From UHGV virus genome UHGV-0174779: DNA of 64,000 nt. One strand, written 5' to 3'. The notes under the pieces are model-generated. The model did not search any database and was not told where the DNA came from. It saw nothing but the letters and a program-made list of their open reading frames with translations. Positions within the stretch are counted from its first letter, which is position 1. Each line of letters starts with the position of its first letter. Origin of the DNA: a virus. This document shows, piece after piece, positions 18,459-27,637 of this stretch. Made by a program: the position numbers and the translations under genes.

Positions 18459-18848
18459 ATGTTGACATTGACTATTTATTATGAGGCAGGGAATCAGCCA
18501 ACCGCATGTAAAGCTATGGTTGCGGATACCGTGATAAATAGAATGGCCCAACGAAAACTGACCGCTGAACAGGTGATAAGACAAAAGAACCAGTTTGAGT
18601 GGATTCCGGTACTATTAAAACAGGAGAAACCTTATAAACGTTATGTAAAGCTGATTCGTGATAAAAATCCGATGACTAAGCAAGCCATTGGAGAAAGCGA
18701 GCGGCTAGCTAAACGTGCCCTTAAGAAGAATTATGTTCCGCTGTACAGTGGGACTTACTTTCAGAGTAAGAGCGAAGGGGTGCCAAAATGGTATGCCAAT
18801 CCTATGTATTGTGGTGATTTAGTGTTCGATAACAGCTCTAGGGAATAA
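18459..18848 (+). CDS. SleB-like cell-wall hydrolase (candidate endolysin)
   Basis: 129 aa; YYEAGNQ...CKAMVADTVINRMA...QKNQFEWIP resembles the SleB/Hydrolase_2 core. Confidence 0.55.
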   Translation: MLTLTIYYEAGNQPTACKAMVADTVINRMAQRKLTAEQVIRQKNQFEWIPVLLKQEKPYKRYVKLIRDKNPMTKQAIGESERLAKRALKKNYVPLYSGTYFQSKSEGVPKWYANPMYCGDLVFDNSSRE

Positions 18849-19046
18849 TCACTGGTGCCAGATTTGACAAACTAAATTCCTTTATAAACCAACCACTTAG
18901 TAAATTTATTGAAAAAGATGGTAGTATTCTGGGACTATGGTAATGCTCTGTATATAGACCCTTTGAAAATTTCTTAGAAAATAAGTTTACTAAATATAAC
19001 TTACTTAAATAATATTACTTTTAATCTCTGATAAAGGGTAAATAAT

Positions 19047-19349
19047 ATGACTTTAGAGATATATAAATTCCTTTTTGTAAGCTGTTTAACTATCAGCGTT
19101 ATAGGATTTATTGTTCTAAGAAACAAAGCAGCAAGCTGGGAGAGAAAGTATAAATCTTTGATTCAAGTAGATGAGATGTATAATGAGAAAGTTAAAGTAA
19201 CACTCAACGATCTTATTATGCAAGTAGAGGACAGAAACAAGCGTCTTCAGAATCTTAACCATGAAGTATTACGCCTTGCTCGTGCTAATGAAGACTTGCG
19301 AGTAGCTATTGCTAAGCAGCAGGAGCTCTCTGACGAGCTTAAAGTATAA
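19047..19349 (+). CDS. Membrane protein with coiled-coil (N-terminal transmembrane helix)
   Basis: 100 aa; FLFVSCLTISVIGFIVL then heptad-rich region. Confidence 0.5.
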   Translation: MTLEIYKFLFVSCLTISVIGFIVLRNKAASWERKYKSLIQVDEMYNEKVKVTLNDLIMQVEDRNKRLQNLNHEVLRLARANEDLRVAIAKQQELSDELKV

Positions 19350-19360
19350 AAAACTAAGTA

Positions 19361-19500
19361 ACATCAACCTATAGCCCTTGTGTTTATCAGAGGGCTATGT
19401 GAGGGTGTTCCTCATTAACTTATTAATTCAGGCATATGCCACACCGCTAGGGAGAGCTTGCTCAAACATCCGGTGCTAGACTAAAACCTGTTAATTTTCG
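19361..19500 (+). repeat. Conserved intergenic module, family 1, copy A
   Basis: ctatagccc-loop-gggctatgtgag hairpin then gctagggagag...ctcaaacatccg; homologous to 23276-23410. Confidence 0.5.
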
Positions 19501-19660
19501 ATATACTTTCTGATATGTAGGGGTACATATTGGTTTGGGATTTAGGAGACTCTCTAGGGGTAGGGAGTCTTCACTAGTTTGTAGAGTAATTGGCTCTATA
19601 GTGAGAGTCATCCGCTATATCAACTGGCAATAATGCCTCCACTAATAGAGAGAGATAGGT

Positions 19661-19801
19661 ATGAAAGTATCAACCAAACGTATGAACCGCCCTGAACGTA
19701 TGGATGCAGTAGCTAATGGTGCTCTGAAACTGGAAGGCTTCTGGCTTCATGCAATGTCAGCCATCCGTAACAAGCAAGGCAATTGGACCTATAACAGTTA
19801 A
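19661..19801 (+). CDS. Small hypothetical protein (46 aa)
   Basis: MKVSTKRMNRPERMDAVANGALKLEGFWLHAMSAIRNKQGNWTYNS; followed directly by a strong terminator. Confidence 0.4.
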   Translation: MKVSTKRMNRPERMDAVANGALKLEGFWLHAMSAIRNKQGNWTYNS

Positions 19802-19806
19802 TAAAT

Positions 19807-19840
19807 AAAAGGCTGCCTTCGGGTGGCCTTTGTTGTTTTA
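19807..19840 (+). terminator. Rho-independent terminator
   Basis: AAAGGCTGCC-TTCG-GGTGGCCTTT followed by GTTGTTTT. Confidence 0.6.
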
Positions 19841-19883
19841 ATTAAGGGACAGCTCTTACTTAAACTAACAAGAGGAAGCTAAA

Positions 19884-20060
19884 ATGTCTAAGCAAACAAT
19901 CAAGAATACGCAAGCTGGTTACTCTTATGTTAACTCTCCTTGCTGTGGTGCTCGTGTTAATCTGGTTAAGGAAGAGGTTCATATCATTCAGCGTGGCGCT
20001 ACTGTTGTTCGTTCATGCTGTGTCTGTGGTAATGACATTTTTATCAAAGGTAAAGTATGA
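19884..20060 (+). CDS. Small zinc-ribbon protein (58 aa)
   Basis: CCGARVN...CCVCGND Cys pairs; AGAGGAAG RBS; stop overlaps next start. Confidence 0.45.
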   Translation: MSKQTIKNTQAGYSYVNSPCCGARVNLVKEEVHIIQRGATVVRSCCVCGNDIFIKGKV

Positions 20061-20329
20061 AAAAGCTTATAATCCTAGTGTGTCTTATCTCTGCATTTGG
20101 CTGTAAGGAAAGGGAGAGTATCTACAAAAGTGACTATGAAAGTTCTGGGTTTTGGTACGGAGGTTTCAGGTCAGAGCCACATACAGCAGATAATATGCTA
20201 TTCTCCGTAAAAAGAAGCTCACAAGAACTTTCTTACTATGCATGTGCCTCTTTAGCTGAAGCTCATACCAAAACATATCCGGACGGTGGTAGAATATATT
20301 GTCTATATCTAGGAAAATGGGAAAACTAA
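20057..20329 (+). CDS. Lipoprotein
   Basis: 90 aa; MKKLIILVCLISAFGC lipobox. Confidence 0.55.
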   Translation: MKKLIILVCLISAFGCKERESIYKSDYESSGFWYGGFRSEPHTADNMLFSVKRSSQELSYYACASLAEAHTKTYPDGGRIYCLYLGKWEN

Positions 20330-20331
20330 TC

Positions 20332-20583
20332 ATGAAAAACTTCCAAGCTGCACCAATAACTAAAGTGATCGCAGTTAATGATGTGATGATGACTGTTCCT
20401 CTGAACACTCGTCACATTGCGATTGATAAGATGGGCTATGTGTGGGCTTGGAAGATTAAGCCCTCGTACAATGAACTCTTTGATGAGTTTGTTTGTACTG
20501 GCACATATAGCCCTACGTTCTTGGGTTTGTTTGGAGAGTTTGAAGGTCAGTATAAAATCATCACTCTCCCTGCTTGTGCTTGA
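20332..20583 (+). CDS. Hypothetical protein
   Basis: ORF 20299..20583; ATG 20332 immediately after upstream stop. Confidence 0.45.
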   Translation: MKNFQAAPITKVIAVNDVMMTVPLNTRHIAIDKMGYVWAWKIKPSYNELFDEFVCTGTYSPTFLGLFGEFEGQYKIITLPACA

Positions 20584-20590
20584 GGATTAA

Positions 20591-20696
20591 CGAGAGCTCT
20601 TAGTGAGGGTGTATCTTCCCCGCCTTCTAAGCGGTCGTTAAAGAAGTAAATGGAGTATGCAGGTTCGAGTCCTGTCACCCTCGCTAAGAGCTCTTG
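20591..20696 (+). other. Long inverted repeat forming a 21-bp stem that encloses a tRNA-like T-arm (candidate RNase III site or structured RNA)
   Basis: cgagagctcttagtgagggtg (20591-20611) pairs with caccctcgctaagagctcttg (20676-20696) with two G-U pairs; enclosed GGTTCGAGTCC matches the tRNA T-loop consensus. Confidence 0.4.
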
Positions 20697-20703
20697 AGGT
20701 ATT

Positions 20704-21219
20704 ATGAAGCTAGATCTAAGTAAAGCAGTTGTTGATAAAGGTGTTGGTTATTTGTATGTGTACCAACCAACACACCCTATGGCCAATAAAGCTGGAAAGG
20801 TGTATGTTCATAGATATGTTGCTCAAAATTTCTACGGTGTCGAACTGAACTCTGACCTAGTGGTTCATCACAAGGATGAGAATAAGTTAAACAACGAACC
20901 ATCTAATTTAGAAATCATGACTTATGAGGAGCATAGCAGGCACCATCATGGGGCTGTCATGGAAGAAAGGTTATGTTCTTTTTGTGGAGAGATTTACCTT
21001 GTTTCAGAGAATAGCAACCAAAGGTTTTGCTCACAGCTTTGTGCCAAATTAGATAGCAGACGGTTTGAAATAACAAAAGAATCTCTTCAGTCTTTAATAG
21101 ACATTTACCCCGTGTATGTAGTAGGGAGGTTACTGAGTGTTAGTGATTCGGCTGTCCATAAGAGATGTAGGATTCTTGGTGTTGTTAAAAAGCCGAAAGG
21201 TTTTTGGTTAACTAAATAG
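20704..21219 (+). CDS. HNH homing endonuclease
   Basis: 171 aa; VHHKDENKLNNEPSNLEIMTYEEHSRHH HNH motif, C-terminal helix-turn-helix-like region. Confidence 0.7.
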   Translation: MKLDLSKAVVDKGVGYLYVYQPTHPMANKAGKVYVHRYVAQNFYGVELNSDLVVHHKDENKLNNEPSNLEIMTYEEHSRHHHGAVMEERLCSFCGEIYLVSENSNQRFCSQLCAKLDSRRFEITKESLQSLIDIYPVYVVGRLLSVSDSAVHKRCRILGVVKKPKGFWLTK

Positions 21220-21231
21220 AATGAGGTAGTT

Positions 21232-21528
21232 ATGAGTTGGGGTGGTGTAATATCCTTAATCTGTATCTTCCTTGTCTGTGTGGTCCTTACAGGCTGCGTA
21301 CAGAGCCGTCCTGATGGATGGTGTGCAGTAGCAGTGGAAGGTGTTTGTGTTTCTCGCTGGCATAAGGGTGAGAAGGTTCCTTCTGGTGAAATTGATATGC
21401 GCTGGAACGGAGCAACCTGCTCTAATGCTAACCCGTCTATCAACGAAGAGAAATCTACGCCAGACAATGTTGTGATTGACACAGCGTTGTGGTGTGGTGG
21501 CTCAGTAAAAACAACCGGTAAGGAGTGA
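21232..21528 (+). CDS. Lipoprotein (paralog of 13258-13587)
   Basis: 98 aa; lipobox LTGC; RPDGWCAVAVEGVCVSRWHKGEKVPSGEIDM. Confidence 0.65.
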   Translation: MSWGGVISLICIFLVCVVLTGCVQSRPDGWCAVAVEGVCVSRWHKGEKVPSGEIDMRWNGATCSNANPSINEEKSTPDNVVIDTALWCGGSVKTTGKE

Positions 21529-21532
21529 TAAT

Positions 21533-21775
21533 ATGACAGCTCATTATTGGAACACAAAGAAGCTTCTTGAAGAGATGGCTGGAAGTAGCAGAGTACAGCT
21601 AATATCTATGCTTCGAAGGGATGCTCGCTCTTTACGCTTCCAAGTAAAGATTGGTAACTTCAGTGATGGTCTTTATTACACATTGAAGGAAAGGATTAAG
21701 AAGACATACTTCATTATATATGGTTGCCCTAAGGGCGATTTTACTTATGACTTTTGGAATACTGACTACGATTAA
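21533..21775 (+). CDS. Hypothetical protein
   Basis: 80 aa ORF, tight spacing. Confidence 0.45.
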   Translation: MTAHYWNTKKLLEEMAGSSRVQLISMLRRDARSLRFQVKIGNFSDGLYYTLKERIKKTYFIIYGCPKGDFTYDFWNTDYD

Positions 21776-21784
21776 GGAGTTATT

Positions 21785-22006
21785 ATGTTGTTAGAAGCTG
21801 AGCAATCATTGCCAGTAGTCCCTCTGTCCTCACTTCCTATCGGAAGTGCTTTTAGACATGGGGAGGTTTTTTGGATTAAGGGTAATCAAGTGGTTGGAGG
21901 GTATATCACCTGCATCAACATTGGCAACGGTGTTGTTGATGGTTTTCGTCCAGCCGCTGAAGTCACTCCTCAAGCTGATGCAAAGGTTGTAGGTTTAGTT
22001 TATTAG
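21785..22006 (+). CDS. Hypothetical protein
   Basis: 73 aa ORF with GGAG RBS. Confidence 0.45.
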   Translation: MLLEAEQSLPVVPLSSLPIGSAFRHGEVFWIKGNQVVGGYITCINIGNGVVDGFRPAAEVTPQADAKVVGLVY

Positions 22007-22323
22007 AGAGTTACCATGATCAAATCGTGACTATCGTGAAGGATTCTTACGAGAGTCCTTTGAGATAGGACTTCAGATCTCCTATCAAACTAACATTCAC
22101 GTAACTAGCCCATAAGGGGCGTTACCCTTTAATAACCCAGCCCACTAAGGGGGGCGGGAGTTTAGTGCTGGATTAGCATAACGCTTATTCCTACAAAGGC
22201 AACCGATTGTTAGATCTTACATGCAAACTTAATTAATAGGATATGGGAGGATTCGTCCCCTCCCCCTATTTTATTGAATCTTTATCTAAGCAAGTCTTAT
22301 ATAAATGTTTAATAGGAGGTTAT

Positions 22324-22635
22324 ATGAAACCCGCACAAATCCAATGGACTCCTTGGCAGATTGATTTGCTGAAGAAGCTTATCAGTGAACATTCTGTTGA
22401 AGAAACGGCTGTCATGATGGGAACAACAGCACAGATTATTAATGCTGCGTGTTCTCGTTTTAAAATCTCTCGTGCTAAAGCTCGATTGAAGTGGTCTGAA
22501 GAAGAAGATCAGTTTGTTATCCGTAATGCCGGGTTCATGTCTATTCAGAGAATGGCTGACATGCTCGGTAGAAGTTATGCTGCTGTACAGAACAGGGCAT
22601 GTATGCACCTTAATATTAGCCTCAAACTTAAATAG
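22324..22635 (+). CDS. Myb/SANT-like DNA-binding protein (putative regulator)
   Basis: ORF 22243..22635; ATG 22324 after AGGAGG; two W-x-EE/W-x-P...A-x-Q helix-turn-helix-like repeats. Confidence 0.5.
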   Translation: MKPAQIQWTPWQIDLLKKLISEHSVEETAVMMGTTAQIINAACSRFKISRAKARLKWSEEEDQFVIRNAGFMSIQRMADMLGRSYAAVQNRACMHLNISLKLK

Positions 22636-22643
22636 GAATCAAT

Positions 22644-22889
22644 GTGAAGATCATTCCCAAGATTAAAGATAATACTGTTTCCTTGTCTACTATCATTCCC
22701 GGAAACCCATTCGTAATTCAACGTGGCTCAGCATCTCCTCAATATTACATGAGAGTTGAAAACACTTCTAGCAATATTAGTGTAGTTAACGGTTGGATTA
22801 CTGTGGTAAATCTTCTCACAGGGGTCTTATGTGCTAAAGGTGCTGATACTCAGGTGGAAATGATTCGCATGTCAGTGGTTCAGGAGTAG
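22644..22889 (+). CDS. Hypothetical protein
   Basis: 81 aa, GTG start. Confidence 0.4.
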   Translation: MKIIPKIKDNTVSLSTIIPGNPFVIQRGSASPQYYMRVENTSSNISVVNGWITVVNLLTGVLCAKGADTQVEMIRMSVVQE

Positions 22890-23040
22890 CGTAATTATTC
22901 GGTTCGTAAACGGACAGAAAAAGGTAGCTAAATAAGCCCTCTTCTCTCCTCCTTTTAGTACTATGACGCCTCTTTTTAGGCGGCCCAATTTGCGTAGGGA
23001 ATTCCCTCTACGCAGCCATAATTTTTAAGGAATTTCCCCT

Positions 23041-23274
23041 ATGTCTAAAGTAAGTGCAATTGATGCAATCCGTCAACCGTTCCAGTTCCAATCCAAATCA
23101 ACCCAAACCTTCAGCGAATCTAAGCAAATTCGCTTGGGTGGCACAGAGAAAACTGTGTTCGATCTGGCTAAAAACAAGAGCGTTACCGTAGTTGATGGTG
23201 GCACTCTGGTTAACGTTTCTCATCGCATCCGCACTGGCAAAACTGCCAAAGACCGTACCAAGAAAGGTGAGTAA
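23041..23274 (+). CDS. Hypothetical protein
   Basis: 77 aa ORF. Confidence 0.45.
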   Translation: MSKVSAIDAIRQPFQFQSKSTQTFSESKQIRLGGTEKTVFDLAKNKSVTVVDGGTLVNVSHRIRTGKTAKDRTKKGE

Positions 23275-23275
23275 C

Positions 23276-23410
23276 ACCTATAGCCTTCTTCGGAGGGCTA
23301 TGTGAGTTATTCTGACTCAACTAACCTAATCTTAATATATTTCCCGTATGGGGCCGATGCTAGGGCGAGGAGTATTCCTCAAACATCCGTCGGATAGATA
23401 TTTTAAGAGC
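23276..23410 (+). repeat. Conserved intergenic module, family 1, copy B
   Basis: ctatagcc-loop-gggctatgtgag hairpin then gctagggcgag...ctcaaacatccg; homologous to 19361-19500. Confidence 0.5.
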
Positions 23411-23456
23411 AGGTTATCCACAGATATTGGGTAATATCTTTTTGTGTTTAAAGCTT

Positions 23457-23482
23457 GACTCTTTTCGGAGAGTCCTTTTTTA
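23457..23482 (+). terminator. Terminator-like hairpin
   Basis: GACTCT-tttcgg-AGAGTC followed by CTTTTTT. Confidence 0.4.
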
Positions 23483-23500
23483 AATTCAAAGAGAGGAAAT

Positions 23501-23653
23501 ATGTCTAAATTAGATTTAAAACTGCTAGCAGCAGCGGTAGTGATTTGTGCACTAGCACTGGTAACGCAGAGAACATCTGGATTTATTCAGTGTTTCTTTT
23601 CTGGGCAATCCACTTATCAGTGGATTATTGACGAGTGTAAACAACAGGAGTAA
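23501..23653 (+). CDS. Small membrane protein (50 aa)
   Basis: MSKLDLKLLAAAVVICALALV...; GAGAGGAAA RBS. Confidence 0.35.
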   Translation: MSKLDLKLLAAAVVICALALVTQRTSGFIQCFFSGQSTYQWIIDECKQQE

Positions 23654-23655
23654 GC

Positions 23656-24018
23656 ATGAATACACGTCCCATTAAGGGCAACGTTAATATTGAAACTCTG
23701 AACAAGGTTGCATCAAACCTCGGTGGTATGTCCAACGAAGAACTTGAGCAAGAGCTTGCTTGGATTGCAAATGGTATTACGGTAGCGAAAAGTAAGATTG
23801 CTCGTGAGCAAAGTAATATGAAAGCTCACAAGTATGTTATACGTCGCGCAAACACGTTACCAGAGCGGGTTGTACATCTTGCCCGCCAGAACTACGAAAG
23901 TGCTAAAGAAGCTCTGCTTGAAGCTGAGTTTCAGAAGCACCAATTTATGAACAACTACAGAAACTTCCGAGATATTCTTTATATCCGTAAGTCAATTGAG
24001 TTGATTAAAAACCAATAG
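23656..24018 (+). CDS. Hypothetical protein
   Basis: 120 aa, leads the enzyme block. Confidence 0.5.
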   Translation: MNTRPIKGNVNIETLNKVASNLGGMSNEELEQELAWIANGITVAKSKIAREQSNMKAHKYVIRRANTLPERVVHLARQNYESAKEALLEAEFQKHQFMNNYRNFRDILYIRKSIELIKNQ

Positions 24019-24029
24019 AGGTTGGTACA

Positions 24030-25229
24030 ATGTTTCCAGTAACATTAGAAGATACTGAAGGTAATGTTTTAACGGTTTATCCTCCTTGCTATGGATTCCT
24101 TCAGCTCCGCAACTATAACGGTGGTGCTGATGAAGGTGATGATGGCAAATACGATGAATATTTTGAACCTAACACCTATGAGGCAACTCGTGGGTGGAAT
24201 ATGCACGTTAAGGTTTGGAGCGAAGCATCTAATATTCGTAGTGCAGATGGGCAAGACTGCCTGTTAAGTGACGAGATGGATATGTGCGATATTAAACATA
24301 TCTGGAACTCTGGAACCCACTTAGATATGTTAGGTTTTCTGAGTTATCGTGACAAAAAGCCTGTAACCAAAGGGTTGGGTTGGGGTAATATTGATCAGGA
24401 AGGTGAGCTTAAAAATAACATTGAACGTTGGAATGACAAAAACCCTGAGTATCAAACCACACCTCGTGCTGTACTGGAAGCTATGGAAGCATTTGTGGAC
24501 AAAGACCGTCCCTCCTGTTTACGCTGGCACGAAAAAGGTTTTATGGGTGTAGCAACTGAGAATGTCCATGCTGACCGTTGTCTGTTCTATTTGATGTTAG
24601 ACCGAACCTTCTATTGTGAAGATGAAGAGAGTCAGGTTGAAACCTTCCTTCATAAATGGTTGGTTGAAGGCTGGACAATCCTTCAGGCCTATGTTTACTC
24701 ACGAATGGTTAGCACTTACACTAACCTCTTAGGAGAAACAAAAACAACTCTGGTTGGTAATGATTGGGATGCTTGTATCTTCCCAGCATCACTGTTTACA
24801 GTTGGTATGGCTGATAAGTATACTGAAGCATTTAAAGTGCCTTGGCGTCAGCAGTCGTACAATCATGGTTGTGGTCACTTCCGTGATGAAGATTTTAAAT
24901 GGATTAGTTATGAAAATAACGAAACATCAGATTTACGAGTTAATAACTCAATGTTCTTGCCGGTGATGCACCCCGATTTAGTAAAGAGTGGATCAGAAAC
25001 ACTTGAATGTGACAACCTTCTGGTTAACTTTGTTCGTCGGGTATCTAAAGGTGAAAGAACAGCTGACAAATTACTCTACGGTAATCGTATCGAGACTAAG
25101 GATATGTTCAACATCTATAACATTATTCAGCGATTTAGTAGTGGAACTCTGGACCAAAGTTCGGAGTATTCAGTGGTTCCATCCTCTGAATGGGATGGTA
25201 TTATGAGCGGATTATTTTTAGGAAAATAA
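24030..25229 (+). CDS. Hypothetical protein (member of ligase/amidotransferase block)
   Basis: 399 aa, no motif recognised by eye; tightly packed with downstream enzymes. Confidence 0.55.
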   Translation: MFPVTLEDTEGNVLTVYPPCYGFLQLRNYNGGADEGDDGKYDEYFEPNTYEATRGWNMHVKVWSEASNIRSADGQDCLLSDEMDMCDIKHIWNSGTHLDMLGFLSYRDKKPVTKGLGWGNIDQEGELKNNIERWNDKNPEYQTTPRAVLEAMEAFVDKDRPSCLRWHEKGFMGVATENVHADRCLFYLMLDRTFYCEDEESQVETFLHKWLVEGWTILQAYVYSRMVSTYTNLLGETKTTLVGNDWDACIFPASLFTVGMADKYTEAFKVPWRQQSYNHGCGHFRDEDFKWISYENNETSDLRVNNSMFLPVMHPDLVKSGSETLECDNLLVNFVRRVSKGERTADKLLYGNRIETKDMFNIYNIIQRFSSGTLDQSSEYSVVPSSEWDGIMSGLFLGK

Positions 25230-25239
25230 AAGGTTAGTT

Positions 25240-26211
25240 ATGTCAATCTCCACAACGATCGTACCTCTGAATCTTCAACAAGATTTAGGGGAACAGAAGT
25301 TCTTAGGTCGTGGGTGCTTCGGTATTCACAACTACATGCAAGGCCAAGTCATAAATGACATTAATGGCGACTCTGTAATGGAAGAAGGGATTCATAAACG
25401 CTTCAACCGTGATATCAACTTGCAATTGGAGATGTTGAATTACTGGACTCACTCTTTTCATGGTCTCGCTGCATCTGACATTGAAAAGAACTTGGTTGAA
25501 ACAGCAGACATTATGAACTCTATGTCTTGCTATCGTGATGTATTTACGATCACTTCAGCGAATAGTGTTGCTGTCAACCTCCGTGAGCATCCAGCAGATC
25601 AAATCTTCACAGGACTTATGCTCTTCCGTAGTATTCTGGAAGGGCAGTATCGTGGAATGGATTTCCTATCAGAAGGAATTGAAGACAGGGAAGAGTGGCT
25701 GAAGCGTAAACGCATCGGAATTGCTCTAGTGTTAGCTGGGTTAGGTCGAGACTTCTTCGGTGGATGGTCTCAACGAGGAACCTCCAATGGGAGTGGAGAG
25801 AACACATCCATTGTTATTAACAACAATATGTCAGCAGCAGCATTCCTTCCTTTGGTTGTAGACTCTGATGAATACACGAAACAAGTGTGGGTTCAAAACC
25901 CCTTCGGTGTTGGTGACAACAAGGACGGTTATGTTCGCAACCATAACCAAGATGCCTTACGAAGATTTGCTCGTGCTAAAGATCAAGACCCGGACGAGTA
26001 TGAAACAATGTCAGAGTGGTTAAGACTCTGGTCCAGCTGTCATGGTCACAAACGTGAAACAATAGACAATAAGTTGGAAAACATTACAGTACAAAACTTT
26101 ACAGCCCGATTGATTCAGCGTACTGGTCCAACTTCTGGCCTTACGACTGAAGAAGTTGGTAACACAATCTCATCTCTCTTTTCTGAACTAGTGGAGTATT
26201 ACAATGACTAA
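25240..26211 (+). CDS. Hypothetical protein (member of ligase/amidotransferase block)
   Basis: 323 aa, 10-nt gap from upstream gene, overlaps downstream start. Confidence 0.55.
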   Translation: MSISTTIVPLNLQQDLGEQKFLGRGCFGIHNYMQGQVINDINGDSVMEEGIHKRFNRDINLQLEMLNYWTHSFHGLAASDIEKNLVETADIMNSMSCYRDVFTITSANSVAVNLREHPADQIFTGLMLFRSILEGQYRGMDFLSEGIEDREEWLKRKRIGIALVLAGLGRDFFGGWSQRGTSNGSGENTSIVINNNMSAAAFLPLVVDSDEYTKQVWVQNPFGVGDNKDGYVRNHNQDALRRFARAKDQDPDEYETMSEWLRLWSSCHGHKRETIDNKLENITVQNFTARLIQRTGPTSGLTTEEVGNTISSLFSELVEYYND

Positions 26212-27010
26212 GCGCAAATTCTTAATAGGCAGCGACCCTGAGCTCTTCGTTCGTACTAGCAACGGAATCATCACCTCTGTAGCCGGTCTTCTAGGCTGCT
26301 CTAAGGACGATAAGATCGCTCTGGCTAAGGATGTTCGTCTTCAAGAGGACAACGTATTGGCTGAGTTTGATATTGACCCACAGAGCGGTTTTGAAGCGTT
26401 TAATGATAACATGCAACGTGGTATTGATCTCACCAATAGAGTCCTGAACAAACTGGACATGGAAACAGCTCCGGGTGTTAGCTCTCACATCTTCACTGAA
26501 GAGGAGATGAAGACTTTCAATGAATCAGCGTTCATCTTCGGATGTACTCCTGATTTCAACGCTTTCACTGGTCAGAAGAATCCATCCCCGACTTCTCAGA
26601 ACAAGGGGCTTCGTACTGCCGGTGGTCACGTACATCTTGGCGTAGTTGGTTCTTTGGATATCACTCTGCAAACTCAGATGATGCTGGGTGTGCTGTGTGA
26701 CTACTTCCTATCACTCCCAGCAGTTATCATGGATAAAGATACTCGCCGTAAAGAACTTTATGGCAAAGCATCTGCAATCCGTTATAAGGACTACGGTATT
26801 GAATACCGTTCACTGTCCAACTTCTGGATTAACGATCGTGAAAATCGTAAGTTTGTTTACGATCAGGTTGACAAGGTTGTTCAGCAGTGTGATATGTCCA
26901 CTCTGATGGCATTGCACTCTCGTCTTCCGATTGAGAAGCTTCACGAAATTATTAACGGTAATAACGTTAAAGAAGCGGACCAGCAGATCAAACTCCTTCA
27001 GGTAGCATAA
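26204..27010 (+). CDS. Possible carboxylate-amine ligase (amidoligase-like, weak)
   Basis: 268 aa; N-terminal GSDPELFV and central GGHVHLG loosely resemble the G-x-E-x-E and H-x-H elements of the neighbouring amidoligase. Confidence 0.4.
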   Translation: MTKRKFLIGSDPELFVRTSNGIITSVAGLLGCSKDDKIALAKDVRLQEDNVLAEFDIDPQSGFEAFNDNMQRGIDLTNRVLNKLDMETAPGVSSHIFTEEEMKTFNESAFIFGCTPDFNAFTGQKNPSPTSQNKGLRTAGGHVHLGVVGSLDITLQTQMMLGVLCDYFLSLPAVIMDKDTRRKELYGKASAIRYKDYGIEYRSLSNFWINDRENRKFVYDQVDKVVQQCDMSTLMALHSRLPIEKLHEIINGNNVKEADQQIKLLQVA

Positions 27011-27019
27011 GAGGTTATC

Positions 27020-27637
27020 GTGAGCTTAGTAGCTGATTTTTCTCATTACTATAGTGGCACATGGATTGCTAAACGAGCAGGCAACATCAACCTTCCCTGT
27101 TTTGTGATTGGTGTTGAGCAGAGAGGTAACTTCCGCAGCGACGACTTCTCACATGAAGCAGAACAAGCTCTGTACTTTGTTGTAGAGCAATGGTACAAGA
27201 ATGAGAACGGGATTCTCCGAAACACTACGATGAATATTCCAGTGTTTGACCCAACCTTGATTCTTGAATCACCTGATGTTGGCTATCTGTTCCATAATGG
27301 TAACACTGTAAGCTGGACTCATATCAACCCTGTTCGTCAGAGAGCGAAGGGTTTGGTGGGTAACAAGATTCGAAATGCTCCGGGGGTTGGTCGTTCTATC
27401 TCTGGGGAAATGGTTTACAGTCTATTCAATCCTGAATTTGATGGATTGGTTACTCGTTACATTTACATCAACCCTACAGATGGTAAAGTGCATTATAAAG
27501 GTGCACGGGTAGGTCAGGTAGATCTGGAAGCACCTCGTGACTCTTACGGTCAGCAACCGATGCGACTTCTGGAACATTTTCATCACATCTCTGAAAACCT
27601 TAGCAATTATAATATTACGTTGGTGGATTCGTTATGA
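27020..27637 (+). CDS. Hypothetical protein (member of ligase/amidotransferase block)
   Basis: 205 aa, GTG start, stop overlaps next start. Confidence 0.5.
   Translation: MSLVADFSHYYSGTWIAKRAGNINLPCFVIGVEQRGNFRSDDFSHEAEQALYFVVEQWYKNENGILRNTTMNIPVFDPTLILESPDVGYLFHNGNTVSWTHINPVRQRAKGLVGNKIRNAPGVGRSISGEMVYSLFNPEFDGLVTRYIYINPTDGKVHYKGARVGQVDLEAPRDSYGQQPMRLLEHFHHISENLSNYNITLVDSL

Noticed and set aside
20605-20686. Possible tRNA gene
   Set aside because: Acceptor stem (GAGGGTG/CACCCTC) and T-arm (GGTTCGAGTCC) are convincing, but the intervening 47 nt cannot be folded into a canonical D-arm plus anticodon arm; kept as a tRNA-like structure, not a tRNA.
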